64,000 nt of DNA, taken from contig CAWHHT010000005.1 of NCBI GenBank assembly GCA_963829205.1, positions 8,082 through 72,081 on the forward strand, read 5' to 3'. A program made the translations under genes and the position numbers. Source of the stretch: an uncultured Thermoleophilia bacterium (GTDB lineage Bacteria; Actinomycetota; Thermoleophilia; UBA2241). Shown piece by piece: positions 46,238 to 56,079 of this stretch. The notes under the pieces were generated by a model, which was not told where the DNA came from, did no database searches, and worked only from the letters and a program-made list of their open reading frames with translations. Within the stretch, counting starts at the first letter, position 1. Each line of letters begins with the position of its first letter.

Positions 46238-47758
46238 CTAGCCGGCCGCAGGCGCCGCGAGCTCGCTCACGGTCAGCTCGCGGCCGAGCGCCTTCTCGAG
46301 CGTGTCGCGGCGGTCCTCGAGTCGCCAGCGCTCGAGATGCCAGTCACGCACCGGCTGCACTTCGAGTACGAGCGCCCGTTTGCCATAGCGGCGGAGCACG
46401 ACGTGCGCCACGGCCTGGGTGTGGCTGCGGTCGAGGTATTCCGCCATGCGCAGCAGCGCCGCGAGCAACCGCACGGTCCTTCGCGCCTCCCGGTCGAGCG
46501 CCGCATAGGCCGCGTGGCGCGAGCCGGGGCGGCTCTTGCGGTGGAACAGGGCCGTCGCGGCCATGATCTCCACCTCCTCCTGGTCGAACCCGAGAAGGTC
46601 CGCGTTGCGGATCAGGTAGTAGGTGTGGATGTGGTGGTCCGGGTAGCTGAGGAAGGCGCCGATGTCGTGCAGCAGAGCGGCGTACTCGAAGAGCTCGCGC
46701 TCGCCGGCGCCGAAGTCGTGAAGCCCGGCGTCGCCGGCGCTGTCGAAGAGCTCGAGCGCGAGCGCGGTCACGTGGCGCGCGTGCTCCTCGTCGAAGGCGG
46801 TGGCGCGCGCCAGTGCCAGCACGCTCCGCTCGCGCACCGTCGGAGCTTCCCCGGGAGCGGCGCGCGACGTGCGCGCGAGATGGTCCATGACGAGGCCTTC
46901 CCGCAGGCCGCACTCGCCGATCGCCGAGATCTCCTCGAGGCCGAAGTCCTCCATGACGGCGTCGAGGATGGCGGCCCCGGCGAGGACGATGTCGGCGCGG
47001 GCCGGGTTGAGCCCCGGCACCTTGCGCCGCGCCTCGAGACCGTTCGTCCGCAGGAGCTTGACCACCTTGCGCAGCTCGGCGCGCGTGAAGGTGTCGATGC
47101 GCTGCGGTGTCTCTCCGCGGAGGGCGCGGACGATGACGCTGGCCAGGTTGCGGATACTGCCCGACGTCCCGTAGGCGATGTCGATCCGCTCGCCCGCGAG
47201 CTTGTGTTTCACGCGCGCCGATTCCACCTGCACTCGCCGGCGCATCGCCTCATAGGTCGCGGCCGGGACCGGGTCCGGACCGCCGGCCTCGGGAAACTCG
47301 CTCGTGAGCCGGATCGCTCCGAGCCTGAGCGAGTCGGTCGAGTCGGCGCCGCCGGCGCCGCCCAGGGCGATCTCGGTGCTGCCGCCGCCGATGTCGACGA
47401 CCAGCGCGCGCTCGTCCTCGAGGTGGACCGTGGCGAGCACCCCGAGGAACACGAGGCGGGCCTCCTCGGGCCCGGAGACCACGTGCACCTCGATCCCCGC
47501 CTCGTCGCGCAGGCGGTGCACGAACGTGCCTTGGTTCTGTGCCTCCCGCGTGGCGGACGTCGCGACCGCGACGATCTCAGTGGCGCCTTGTGACCGGGCG
47601 AGGTCCGCCAGCGTCCGGCACACGAGGACGGCTCGGTCCATGGCGGCGGGCTGCAGCACGCTCTGCCCGCCGAACTCCCCCTCGCCCAGGCGCACGGGTT
47701 CCTTCTGCTGCGCCAGCGTGGTCCACGTGTGGGGATCCTCGATGCGCGTCACGAGCAA
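46238..47758 (-). CDS. ppx: Ppx/GppA family exopolyphosphatase with C-terminal HD domain
   Basis: VVDIGGGSTE, AYGTSGSIRN, and HD-region LLHDIGAFLSYPDHHIHTYY. Confidence 0.85.
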   Translation of the reverse strand: MLVTRIEDPHTWTTLAQQKEPVRLGEGEFGGQSVLQPAAMDRAVLVCRTLADLARSQGATEIVAVATSATREAQNQGTFVHRLRDEAGIEVHVVSGPEEARLVFLGVLATVHLEDERALVVDIGGGSTEIALGGAGGADSTDSLRLGAIRLTSEFPEAGGPDPVPAATYEAMRRRVQVESARVKHKLAGERIDIAYGTSGSIRNLASVIVRALRGETPQRIDTFTRAELRKVVKLLRTNGLEARRKVPGLNPARADIVLAGAAILDAVMEDFGLEEISAIGECGLREGLVMDHLARTSRAAPGEAPTVRERSVLALARATAFDEEHARHVTALALELFDSAGDAGLHDFGAGERELFEYAALLHDIGAFLSYPDHHIHTYYLIRNADLLGFDQEEVEIMAATALFHRKSRPGSRHAAYAALDREARRTVRLLAALLRMAEYLDRSHTQAVAHVVLRRYGKRALVLEVQPVRDWHLERWRLEDRRDTLEKALGRELTVSELAAPAAG

Positions 47759-47808
47759 GCGGACCGAGTTCGTGCCTATGTCGAGGAACCCGATAGTCTC
47801 GGGGGCGC

Positions 47809-48027
47809 TCAGGACTTGCCCTTCTTGGCGCCCTTCTTCTTGCCGCCGCCGCCCTTGCCGCTCTTCTTACCGGCCAGCACGAGCTTGCGGTCGGCAGCGA
47901 GCTTCTCCAGACCTTCCTTGCGCCCGAACGCGCCGATGTACGCCTGCGCGATCTCGCACTTCTTGCAGCCCTTGCCGCAGCAGTCCTTCCACTTCTTGCG
48001 CTTGAAGCTGGTCTCGAGCTCGGGCAT
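47809..48027 (-). CDS. Small (72 aa) cysteine-knuckle, lysine-rich protein upstream of ppx
   Basis: KKWKDCCGKGCKKCEIAQAY resembles the CCxxGCxxC[VI] motif of the Oxidored-like (PF09791) family. C-terminal tail: KKSGKGGGGKKKGAKKGKS. Confidence 0.5.
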   Translation of the reverse strand: MPELETSFKRKKWKDCCGKGCKKCEIAQAYIGAFGRKEGLEKLAADRKLVLAGKKSGKGGGGKKKGAKKGKS

Positions 48028-48103
48028 GACGCGTCCTTCTGCGGGCAGGGGTATGACGTCGCTAGAGATACCGCAGGGCGCCGGTGGGGAAACGCGGCGC
48101 CGG

Positions 48104-48769
48104 TCAGCCGCCGAACGCCTCCAGCCGCACGTCGCCGGCGACCTCGTAGGCCATGTCGGTACAGGCCGCGATGTCGTCCAGCGAGTATCCGGCGGCGACC
48201 TCCTCCAGCACCCAGCCTTTCTCGGGGTAGCGGCGGAAGAGGGCGCGCTCGGTGATGATCACGTCGGCCTCCTCGGCGCCGGTCAGCGGGAAGGTGCACT
48301 GCTTCATCAGCTTCGAGGCGCCGTCCTTGGAGCAGTGCTCGCTGACGATGTAGACGACCTTCGCGCCGGCGACCAGGTCCATCGCCCCGCCCATGCCGGC
48401 GAGCATCTTGCCGGGCACGATCCAGTTGGCGATATTGCCCTTCTCGTCGACCTGCAGCGTGCCCAGGAAGGTGGCGTCGATGTGGCCGCCGCGGATCATC
48501 GCGAACGACGTGGCGGAGTCGAAGTAGCTGCCGCCGGGGACCAGCGTGATCGGCTGGTTGCCGGCGTTGGCGCGGTCGCGGTCCTCGCAGCCCGGTGCCG
48601 GGGCGGGGCCGACCCCGATGCCGCCGTTCTCGGTCTGGATGACGACGTCGACGCCCTCGGGCACGTAGTTGGCGATCAGCGTCGGCAGCCCGATGCCGAG
48701 GTTGATGATCTGCCCGTCGCGGAGCTCGCGACCCGCGCGGGCGGCGATGACCTGCTTTGCGTCAGCCAT
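48104..48769 (-). CDS. 3-oxoacid/acetate CoA-transferase subunit B
   Basis: RAGRELRDGQIINLGIGLPTL...ENG...GGAMDL family I CoA-transferase beta motifs. Confidence 0.8.
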   Translation of the reverse strand: MADAKQVIAARAGRELRDGQIINLGIGLPTLIANYVPEGVDVVIQTENGGIGVGPAPAPGCEDRDRANAGNQPITLVPGGSYFDSATSFAMIRGGHIDATFLGTLQVDEKGNIANWIVPGKMLAGMGGAMDLVAGAKVVYIVSEHCSKDGASKLMKQCTFPLTGAEEADVIITERALFRRYPEKGWVLEEVAAGYSLDDIAACTDMAYEVAGDVRLEAFGG

Positions 48770-49457
48770 TGAACTTCTCCTCACGCAGCGTGCAGTACTC
48801 GACGTTGGCGCGCACGACCGCGTCCACGAAGATGCCGGGGGTGTGGATGGCGTTGGGGTCGAGCTCCCCCATGGTGTAGAGGTTCTCGACCTCGGCGATG
48901 ACGTACTCGGCGCACATCGCGGCCGGTACGTTGAAGTTGCGCGACGTGCCGCGGTAGATGAGGTTGCCCCAGGTGTCGCCGGCGTGGGCGCGGATGATGG
49001 CGATGTCGCATTTGAGCGAGGGCACGAGGATGTACTTGCGCCCGCCCAGCTCGATGACCTGCTTGCCCTCCTCGGCGACCGTGCCGACGCCGGTCGGCGT
49101 GAGGAAGCCGCCGAGCCCGGCGCCGCCGCAGCGCATCATCTCGGCGAGCGTGCCTTGTGGCGTCGGCTCGACCTCGAGGCGACCCTCGTTCATGGCCTTG
49201 CCGATCTCGGGCGTGGTGCCGATGTGGCTGGCGACGACCTTCTTGATCTTGCCCTGCTTGACCAGTTCCACGACGCCGCGTTCGCGGTAGCCCGCGTCGT
49301 TCTCGTAGACCGTGAGGCCGCTCACGTCCATGGTCTTGAGGTAGTCGATCAGGGTGAGCGGATCGCCCTGACCGATGAAGCCGCCGACGGCGATGCTCAT
49401 CCCGCTCTTCACGTGGGACATCGCCTCGTCGATGGGGATGACTTTGTTCTTGGGCAC
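48762..49457 (-). CDS. 3-oxoacid/acetate CoA-transferase subunit A
   Basis: AAGGAG RBS, then GTG 49457. KVIPIDEAMSHVKSGMSIAVGGF...TPQGTLAE...GGFLTPTG. Confidence 0.8.
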   Translation of the reverse strand: MPKNKVIPIDEAMSHVKSGMSIAVGGFIGQGDPLTLIDYLKTMDVSGLTVYENDAGYRERGVVELVKQGKIKKVVASHIGTTPEIGKAMNEGRLEVEPTPQGTLAEMMRCGGAGLGGFLTPTGVGTVAEEGKQVIELGGRKYILVPSLKCDIAIIRAHAGDTWGNLIYRGTSRNFNVPAAMCAEYVIAEVENLYTMGELDPNAIHTPGIFVDAVVRANVEYCTLREEKFNG

Positions 49458-49727
49458 CGTTCGCTCCTTTGCGCGGAAGAGACCCGGGCGGCAGGCTGCG
49501 GCGACGGGTGTGCATCCGTCCGGGGATACTCGCTGGTGCATGGAATCTATCACTCCGCGGCGGTCGCTGACGACGCCGCGATGGCCCCCTGCGAGCGTCT
49601 CCGGTGGCCCTCGTGGCACGCCCTTCCGGCGAGGCTGCGTCCTCACGCGCGCGCGGGCTTGTACGCGCTCTGCATCCCTGTATACTTCCGGCGGCGCACG
49701 TCAGAACGGAGGGAAAGGGTGCCCGGC

Positions 49728-50588
49728 ATGCAGGATTCGGCAAGCGTCGGCGTGATCGGCGGATCAGGTTTCTACGAGCTCCTCGAGAACGCCCGCGAGG
49801 TCCGCATCGACACCCCGTTCGGGGCTCCGAGCGACTCCTACTTCCTTGGTGACATCGACGGCGTCCCGGTGGCCTTCCTGCCGCGCCACGCGCGTGGCCA
49901 TCGCATCCTGCCCGGCGAGGTCAACTACCGCGCCAACATCTGGGGCATGAAGTCGCTGGGCGTGAAGTACGTGCTCTCCGCCAGCGCCGTGGGCAGCCTT
50001 CGCGAGGAGCTCAAGCCGCTCGACGTGGTCGTCCCGGATCAGCTCTTCGACCGCACGAAGGCGCGCCCGAGCACGTTCTTCGGCGACGGTGTGGTCGTGC
50101 ACATGGGCTTCGCCGACCCGTTCTGCCCGTATTGCTCGCAGCTCATCATCGAGCACGGACGGGCTGCGGGCGCGACCGTGCATGAGGGCGGGACCTACGT
50201 CTGCATCGAGGGGCCGCAATTCTCCACGCGCGCCGAGAGCAACGTCTACCGGCAGCTGGGCTTCGACGTCATCGGCATGACCAACCTGCAGGAGGCCAAA
50301 CTGGCGCGCGAGGCCGAGCTCTGCTACGCCACCATGGCCATGGTCACCGACTATGACGTGTGGTACGAAGGGGAAGAGGACGTCACGCTGGAGCAGGTGC
50401 TGGGCAACGTCCAGCGCAACGTCCAGACCGCGCAAGCTATCGTTCGTCGCGTGGTTGGCGCTCTCGACCAGGAGCGCGACTGCGCCTGCCGCCACGCCGT
50501 GGAGTTCGCCATCAACACGCCGGCCGAACTCATCCCGGCGGCGACCAAGAAGAAGCTCGACCTTCTGATCGGCAAGTACCTGGGCTGA
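49728..50588 (+). CDS. mtnP: S-methyl-5'-thioadenosine phosphorylase
   Basis: VGVIGGSGFYEL...DTPFG.PSD...FLPRHARGH...NYRANIWGMK...IGMTNLQEAKLAREAE. The start is ATG 49728 or GTG 49719. Confidence 0.85.
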   Translation: MQDSASVGVIGGSGFYELLENAREVRIDTPFGAPSDSYFLGDIDGVPVAFLPRHARGHRILPGEVNYRANIWGMKSLGVKYVLSASAVGSLREELKPLDVVVPDQLFDRTKARPSTFFGDGVVVHMGFADPFCPYCSQLIIEHGRAAGATVHEGGTYVCIEGPQFSTRAESNVYRQLGFDVIGMTNLQEAKLAREAELCYATMAMVTDYDVWYEGEEDVTLEQVLGNVQRNVQTAQAIVRRVVGALDQERDCACRHAVEFAINTPAELIPAATKKKLDLLIGKYLG

Positions 50589-50729
50589 GACGTCTGCCGC
50601 GCGCAAGAGCGCGGCCGGTGGGGCAAGAGGGACGGACGGGCGTCTGCGTCCGCGATGTGAGGGGTGGACGCGGCTGGGTCTGCGAAGATCAGGCCGCGTA
50701 CCACGTGGAGCCAGGAAAGGAGCTACGCA

Positions 50730-52886
50730 GTGTCTTCGTTCGTATCCAACAACGCCATACTCGTGGCGGTCATCTGTGGGCTTATCGCCGTTGTCTACGG
50801 CGTTCTGCTCATCAGGTGGCTGCTCGCGCTGCCAGCCGGAGACGAGCTCATGCAGAGCGTCGCCGGCGCCGTGCAGGAGGGCGCCAAGGCCTATCTGGCC
50901 CGCCAGTACCGCACCATCGCCATGGTCGGCGTGGTCGTGTTCGCCGTGCTGCTGGTGGCCCTGGGCCTCGGCAAGGACTGGACCTACGGCTGGCACGCCG
51001 CCGTGGGCTTCGTGATCGGCGCCTGCCTCTCGGCCTCCGCCGGCTACATCGGCATGATGGTCAGCGTGCGCGTCAACGTGCGCACCGCGGAGGCCGCCCG
51101 CCAGGGCCTCGGCAGAGCGCTCACCGTCGCCTTCCGCGGCGGCGCCGTCACCGGCCTGCTCGTCGTCGGCCTCGCGCTCCTCGGCGTGGCCGGCTACTAC
51201 TGGGCTACCGGCGACGTTGCGGCACTCGTCGGCCTCGGCTTCGGAGGCAGCCTCATCAGCGTGTTCGCGCGCGTCGGCGGCGGCATCTTCACCAAGGCCG
51301 CCGATGTGGGCGCCGATCTCGTCGGCAAGGTCGAGGCGGGCATCCCCGAGGACGACCCGCGCAACCCGGCCGTCATCGCCGACAACGTGGGCGACAACGT
51401 CGGCGACTGCGCCGGCATGGCCGCCGACCTGTTCGAGACCTACGCCGTGACCGCCGTGGCCGCGATGCTGCTCGCGTTCCTCACGTTCCGCGTGGGCGTC
51501 GGCGCCACCACCGCCGCCAAGGGTCTGCTCATCCACGTCAGCACCCAGGTCGCCTACAAGCCCGCCGTGCTGTACCCGCTCGTCATCGGCGGCGTCTCCA
51601 TCATCGCCAGCATCATCGGCACGTTCTTCGTCCGCCTCGGCAAGACCAACAACATCATGAACGCCCTCTACAAGGGGCTGTCGGTCTCGGCCGTCATCGC
51701 GATCATCCTCTTCTATCCCATCACCAAGTGGATGCTCGGCAGCCCGACCGCGCGTCTCTTCGGCGTGCCGTCGGTGAACCGGCTCTTCCTGGCGGCCGTC
51801 ACCGGCGTCGTCGTCACCGCGCTCATCGTGGTGATCACCGAGTACTACACCGCCGCGCGCTACAACCCGGTCAAGAGCATCGCCAAGGCGAGCCTCACCG
51901 GTCACGCCACCAACATCATCCAGGGCCTCGCCGTGTCGATGCAGTCCACGGCGCTGCCCGTCCTCGTCATCGCCGCGGGCATCCTCACGAGCTACACCGC
52001 TGCCGGCGGCGGCCGCGCCGGCCTCTACGGCATCGCCGTCGCGGTCATGGCCATGCTCTCCATGACCGGCATCATCGTGGCCATCGACGCCTACGGACCG
52101 ATCACCGACAACGCCGGCGGCATCGCCGAGATGGCGAACATGCCGGAGTCCGTGCGCCAGACGACCGACCCGCTGGACGCGGTCGGCAACACGACCAAGG
52201 CCATCACCAAGGGATACGCGATCGGGTCGGCCGGGTTCGCGGCCCTCATCCTGTTCGTGTCGTACACGCTCGACCTGCAGGAGCACTTCCTCACCAAGTA
52301 CAACTTCCACCAGGCGATCTCGTTCATGATCGACAACCCGTGGGTGCTCGCCGGCCTGTTCATCGGCGGCATGCTGCCGTACCTCTTCGCCTCGCTCTGC
52401 ATGAAAGCCGTCGGCAAGGCCGGCGGCCAGGTGGTCGAGGAGGTCCGGCGCCAGTTCCGCGAGCTCCCGGGCATCATGGACGGCACCGACAAGCCGGACT
52501 ACGCCACGGCCGTGGACATCGTCACCAAGTCGGCGATCCGCGAGATGCTGCTGCCGGCAGCCATCCCGGTGCTCACGCCGATCATCATCGGCTTGGCCTT
52601 CCGCCAGCACGGCTACGAGGTGCTCGGCGGCGTGCTCATGGGCTGCATCATCACGGGCATCTTCCTGGCCATCAGCATGACCTCGGGCGGCGGCGCCTGG
52701 GACAACGCCAAGAAGCTCATCGAGGACGGCGAGTACGGCGGCAAGGGCTCCGACGCCCATGCGGCCGCCGTCACCGGCGACACCGTCGGCGACCCCTACA
52801 AGGACACCGCCGGTCCTGCCATCAACCCGATGATCAAGGTCATCAACATCGTCGCTCTGCTCGTTATCCCGTTCCTCATCAAGTAG
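50730..52886 (+). CDS. hppA: Membrane-bound H+-translocating pyrophosphatase, K+-independent type
   Basis: GGAAAGGAG RBS, then GTG 50730. Motifs [45 protein letters not shown] (Lys in GNTTKA marks the K+-independent clade), [15 protein letters not shown]. Confidence 0.9.
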   Translation: MSSFVSNNAILVAVICGLIAVVYGVLLIRWLLALPAGDELMQSVAGAVQEGAKAYLARQYRTIAMVGVVVFAVLLVALGLGKDWTYGWHAAVGFVIGACLSASAGYIGMMVSVRVNVRTAEAARQGLGRALTVAFRGGAVTGLLVVGLALLGVAGYYWATGDVAALVGLGFGGSLISVFARVGGGIFTKAADVGADLVGKVEAGIPEDDPRNPAVIADNVGDNVGDCAGMAADLFETYAVTAVAAMLLAFLTFRVGVGATTAAKGLLIHVSTQVAYKPAVLYPLVIGGVSIIASIIGTFFVRLGKTNNIMNALYKGLSVSAVIAIILFYPITKWMLGSPTARLFGVPSVNRLFLAAVTGVVVTALIVVITEYYTAARYNPVKSIAKASLTGHATNIIQGLAVSMQSTALPVLVIAAGILTSYTAAGGGRAGLYGIAVAVMAMLSMTGIIVAIDAYGPITDNAGGIAEMANMPESVRQTTDPLDAVGNTTKAITKGYAIGSAGFAALILFVSYTLDLQEHFLTKYNFHQAISFMIDNPWVLAGLFIGGMLPYLFASLCMKAVGKAGGQVVEEVRRQFRELPGIMDGTDKPDYATAVDIVTKSAIREMLLPAAIPVLTPIIIGLAFRQHGYEVLGGVLMGCIITGIFLAISMTSGGGAWDNAKKLIEDGEYGGKGSDAHAAAVTGDTVGDPYKDTAGPAINPMIKVINIVALLVIPFLIK

Positions 52887-52915
52887 GACGGTTCAGCAGA
52901 GCACGCGCTCTCCCG

Positions 52916-52959
52916 GAGGGGGCGCGGCGGAGGCCCTTCGGCCGCCGCCGCGCCCCCTC
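52916..52959 (+). terminator. Strong hairpin after hppA
   Basis: GAGGGGGCGCGGCGG-A-GGCC-CTTC-GGCC-G-CCGCCGCGCCCCCTC read directly. Confidence 0.5.
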
Positions 52960-53100
52960 TCTCTGGTGCCTCCTCCGCTGCCCGTTTGGCCCGCCCTACA
53001 CGCCATCTTTATTGACGTCTTGTCCACGCTGGCGGCGGGTGCTAGGCTGCCGCGAATGGCCGGTCCGCAGCCCGGACCGGCTTTTTGCGGATTGTGGAGC

Positions 53101-53262
53101 ATGTGGACGGCACGCCGGATCATCACCATCATCATGGGGGTCGTCGGAGTCCTGCTGATCGTGCGCGGTGTCTGGGGCGGCGTGTACCCGCTCTCGATAC
53201 AGCTGATCGCCGGCGTGCTCCTCGTGATCCTCGCGGCACTGCGCTGGCGCTACATCAAGTGA
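53101..53262 (+). CDS. Hypothetical 53-aa two-helix membrane protein
   Basis: GGAG, then ATG 53101. MWTARRIITIIMGVVGVLLIVRG...LIAGVLLVILAALRW. No family recognised. Confidence 0.35.
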   Translation: MWTARRIITIIMGVVGVLLIVRGVWGGVYPLSIQLIAGVLLVILAALRWRYIK

Positions 53263-53280
53263 GAATGGGGCTGAACGACC

Positions 53281-55578
53281 GTGGCACGACGTAAGAAACG
53301 AGAAGGTCAGAGCCTGCACAAGGTCCTCGGCGTTCCCGCCCTCTTCAGCACCGCCTACGGCAACGTCGGCTCTTCGATCTACTACGCGCTAGGCGTCGTG
53401 GCCGCGTACGCGCTCGGGCTCACGCCGGTCGTGTTCATGCTCACCGGCCTTCTCTTCGTGACCACAGCCTTCTCGTACGCCGAGGGCACGACGATGTTCC
53501 CGGAGGCGGGCGGCTCGTCGAGCTTCGCCCGCCACACCTTCAACGAGTTCGTGAGTTTCATCGCCGGCTGGGCGCTGATGCTCGACTACATCATCACCAT
53601 CGCCATCTCGGCGTTCTTCGTGCCCAACTATCTGGCCGCCTTCTGGCCGGTTCTGAAGACCTGGCCGTACAACTCCATCGGCGGCATTCTGACCATCGGC
53701 TTCCTCGTGGCCATCAACATCGTCGGCATCAAGGAAGCCGCACGCATCAACATCATCCTCGCCATCCTCGACCTGGGCACACAGGTGCTCCTGGCGCTCG
53801 TGGGCTTGTTCGTCTTCCTCTCACCGAAGATCCTGATCAACCAGATCCACCTGGGCACGGTGCCTACGTGGCATCAACTCATTTACGGCATCTCCATCGG
53901 TACCGTCGCCTACACAGGCATCGAGACAGTCTCCAACATGTCTGAGGAAGCGTCGGACCCCGGCCGCGACGTGCCACGCTCCGTGAAGTTCGTTCTCGTG
54001 GCCGTCCTTGGCGTGTACTTCGCCATTTCCATGGTCGGACTCTCCGCGATGACGGTGCAGCCCAACGTCCTCCCGGTGAACCCCACAACGAAGATGACCA
54101 TCCCTCAGGCCGTACAGCCTGAGCCGGGCAAGCCTGCAGAGATAGGCCCGTGGGTGTTCAAGGACAATCCGGCTCAGAAGGTCTACGTTGCTGTGGACGC
54201 GGCCACACTGCAGACGCAGTCCCTCAAGGCCAGTGGGCCGATCTACCAGTTGAACGGCCATTGGGTGACCAAGATCTACGCGACTCAGCTGGCGACGGTG
54301 TACGAGGCGGACCCGCTTCAGGGCATCGTGCAGAACTTGCCCGGCAGTCTCAGCTGGATGAAGGTCGTCCTCTCGCCCTGGATCGCTCTCCTCGCCGCGA
54401 CCATCCTCGTCATCGGGACCAACGCCGGTATCATCGGCTCGTCGCGCCTCGCGTACTCCATGTCTTTGCACAAGCAGTTGCCACCGATCCTCGGCCGGGT
54501 CCACCGGACTCGCCTGACTCCATACGTGTCCATCGCCGTGTTCGGGGGTGTCGCGGCGCTGCTCATCACGCCCGGCAGCATCTCGTTCCTTGCCGACCTC
54601 TACGCGTTTGGCGCCATGATCTCGTTCACGGTCGCGCACATCTGCGTCGTCGCGTTGCGCTTCAAGATGCCTGACTACGAGCGTCCCTGGCGAACTCCCA
54701 TCAACATCCCGTTCCGCGGCAAGAGCATCCCGGTCCTCGCGGTCATCGGAGCGCTGGGCACGGGGACCGTATGGGTGGTCGTCGTTCTCACGCACGCGGA
54801 GGGTCGCGCAGTCGGCTTCGCCTGGATGGGCATCGGCATTGTGGTCTACGTGCTGTATCGGCGCGCCAAGGGATACTCGCTCACCAAGACCGTGGTGGAC
54901 GTGCCGCTGCCCGCTTCGGTCAAGGAGGACATCGACTACGACCAGATCCTTGTGCCGATCGTCGGCTCGCGCATCAGCGACGAGATGATGGTGCTCGCCT
55001 GCCAGCTCGCGACCGAGAAGAAGTCGGCCGTCGACGGCCTCTACGTGATCGAGGTGCCGCTCAATCTGCCGCTCGACGCGCGCCTCACCGCCGAGCGCGA
55101 GAGGGCCGACAAGGTGCTTGAAACGGCGGCGCGCGTCGCCGACTCCTTCAAGGTCGGGTTCACGCCGCTCGTGCTGACGGCGCGGCAGGCCGGCCGCGCC
55201 ATCGTGGAGGAAGCCGTGCGGCGACGCTCAGAAGTGATCATCGTCGGCACGGCGCGCAAGAGGCGCGTCGCCGACCGCGCCTTCGGGCGCACGGTGGACT
55301 ACGTGCTCGACCATGCGCCGTGCGAAGTGCTGCTGAACCTGGTGCCGAAGGAGTACCCGACCGGCGGGACTGCGGACTACGGCGAAGGAATGGCCGACAC
55401 GCCCCCCACGGCGGGGCGTGCTGCCGGTCGGCCATATAGTCCGCCGACACAGCCGACGGACCTGAGCGCCGCACCGGGCGGGGCGTCGGCCGCGGATATG
55501 GTGCCGGTCGTGAGCGCGCCGTCGGCGGCGCCGACGCCGGAGCCCCCCGAGGCGCCGCGCGCCGCCGGATGCTCCTGA
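53281..55578 (+). CDS. APC superfamily amino acid permease fused to a C-terminal universal stress protein (USP) domain
   Basis: The roughly 12-TM permease reads LFSTAYGNVGSSIYYALG...FSYAEG. The USP tail reads ILVPIVGSRISDEMM...IIVGTARKRR...TVDYVLDHAPCEVLL. It ends in an A/P-rich extreme C-terminus. Confidence 0.8.
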   Translation: MARRKKREGQSLHKVLGVPALFSTAYGNVGSSIYYALGVVAAYALGLTPVVFMLTGLLFVTTAFSYAEGTTMFPEAGGSSSFARHTFNEFVSFIAGWALMLDYIITIAISAFFVPNYLAAFWPVLKTWPYNSIGGILTIGFLVAINIVGIKEAARINIILAILDLGTQVLLALVGLFVFLSPKILINQIHLGTVPTWHQLIYGISIGTVAYTGIETVSNMSEEASDPGRDVPRSVKFVLVAVLGVYFAISMVGLSAMTVQPNVLPVNPTTKMTIPQAVQPEPGKPAEIGPWVFKDNPAQKVYVAVDAATLQTQSLKASGPIYQLNGHWVTKIYATQLATVYEADPLQGIVQNLPGSLSWMKVVLSPWIALLAATILVIGTNAGIIGSSRLAYSMSLHKQLPPILGRVHRTRLTPYVSIAVFGGVAALLITPGSISFLADLYAFGAMISFTVAHICVVALRFKMPDYERPWRTPINIPFRGKSIPVLAVIGALGTGTVWVVVVLTHAEGRAVGFAWMGIGIVVYVLYRRAKGYSLTKTVVDVPLPASVKEDIDYDQILVPIVGSRISDEMMVLACQLATEKKSAVDGLYVIEVPLNLPLDARLTAERERADKVLETAARVADSFKVGFTPLVLTARQAGRAIVEEAVRRRSEVIIVGTARKRRVADRAFGRTVDYVLDHAPCEVLLNLVPKEYPTGGTADYGEGMADTPPTAGRAAGRPYSPPTQPTDLSAAPGGASAADMVPVVSAPSAAPTPEPPEAPRAAGCS

Positions 55579-55646
55579 CGGCGCTCCCGGTGGCGCGAGC
55601 GGCGGCCGGGAGTAGTCTTGACTGTGTCGGACACGAGAGGTGAAGC

Positions 55647-56076
55647 ATGCATGTAGTCATAGTCGGCTGCGGCCGCGTTGGATCCGGGCCTCGCCCGTGA
55701 CCTCGTGACCCAGGGCTTCGACGTCGCCATCATCGACGAGAGTCCGGACGCCTTCCACCTGCTCGGCGACGACTTCCCAGGGGAGTTCGTCGTCGGCAGG
55801 GCGCTGGACTGGGATTCGCTCCGCCGTGCGGGCATCAAGGACGCCGTCGCGTTCGTGGCCTGCACCGACGGCGACAACACCAACATCGTGATCGCGCAGA
55901 TCGCGCAGAAGAAGTACGGGATCCGCTGCGTGGTCGCCAGGGTCTACGACCCGCTGCGCGCCGAGCTCTTCCAGCAGGTCGGCATCCGCACCGTGTGCCC
56001 CACGCGCGACGTGCGGATCTCGCTCTTCGACGCCGTCCGCTCGTGCCAGGTGCCGACGCCGTCGCAGGAGGTCTGA
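55647..56076 (+). CDS. TrkA-N (RCK N-terminal, NAD-binding) K+ transport regulatory protein; frame break near 55685
   Basis: MHVVIVGCGRVGS runs into a stop. GLARDLVTQGFDVAIID... continues in the frame of ORF 55678..56076. The junction is at a CCGGGCC run. Confidence 0.7.
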
Positions 56077-56079
56077 GCC

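Noticed and set aside
49764-52760. 998-aa ORF on the minus strand
   Set aside because: It is antisense to mtnP and the H+-pyrophosphatase gene, which have unambiguous family motifs. Its composition (D/G/A/R/H runs) is typical of a GC-rich shadow frame.
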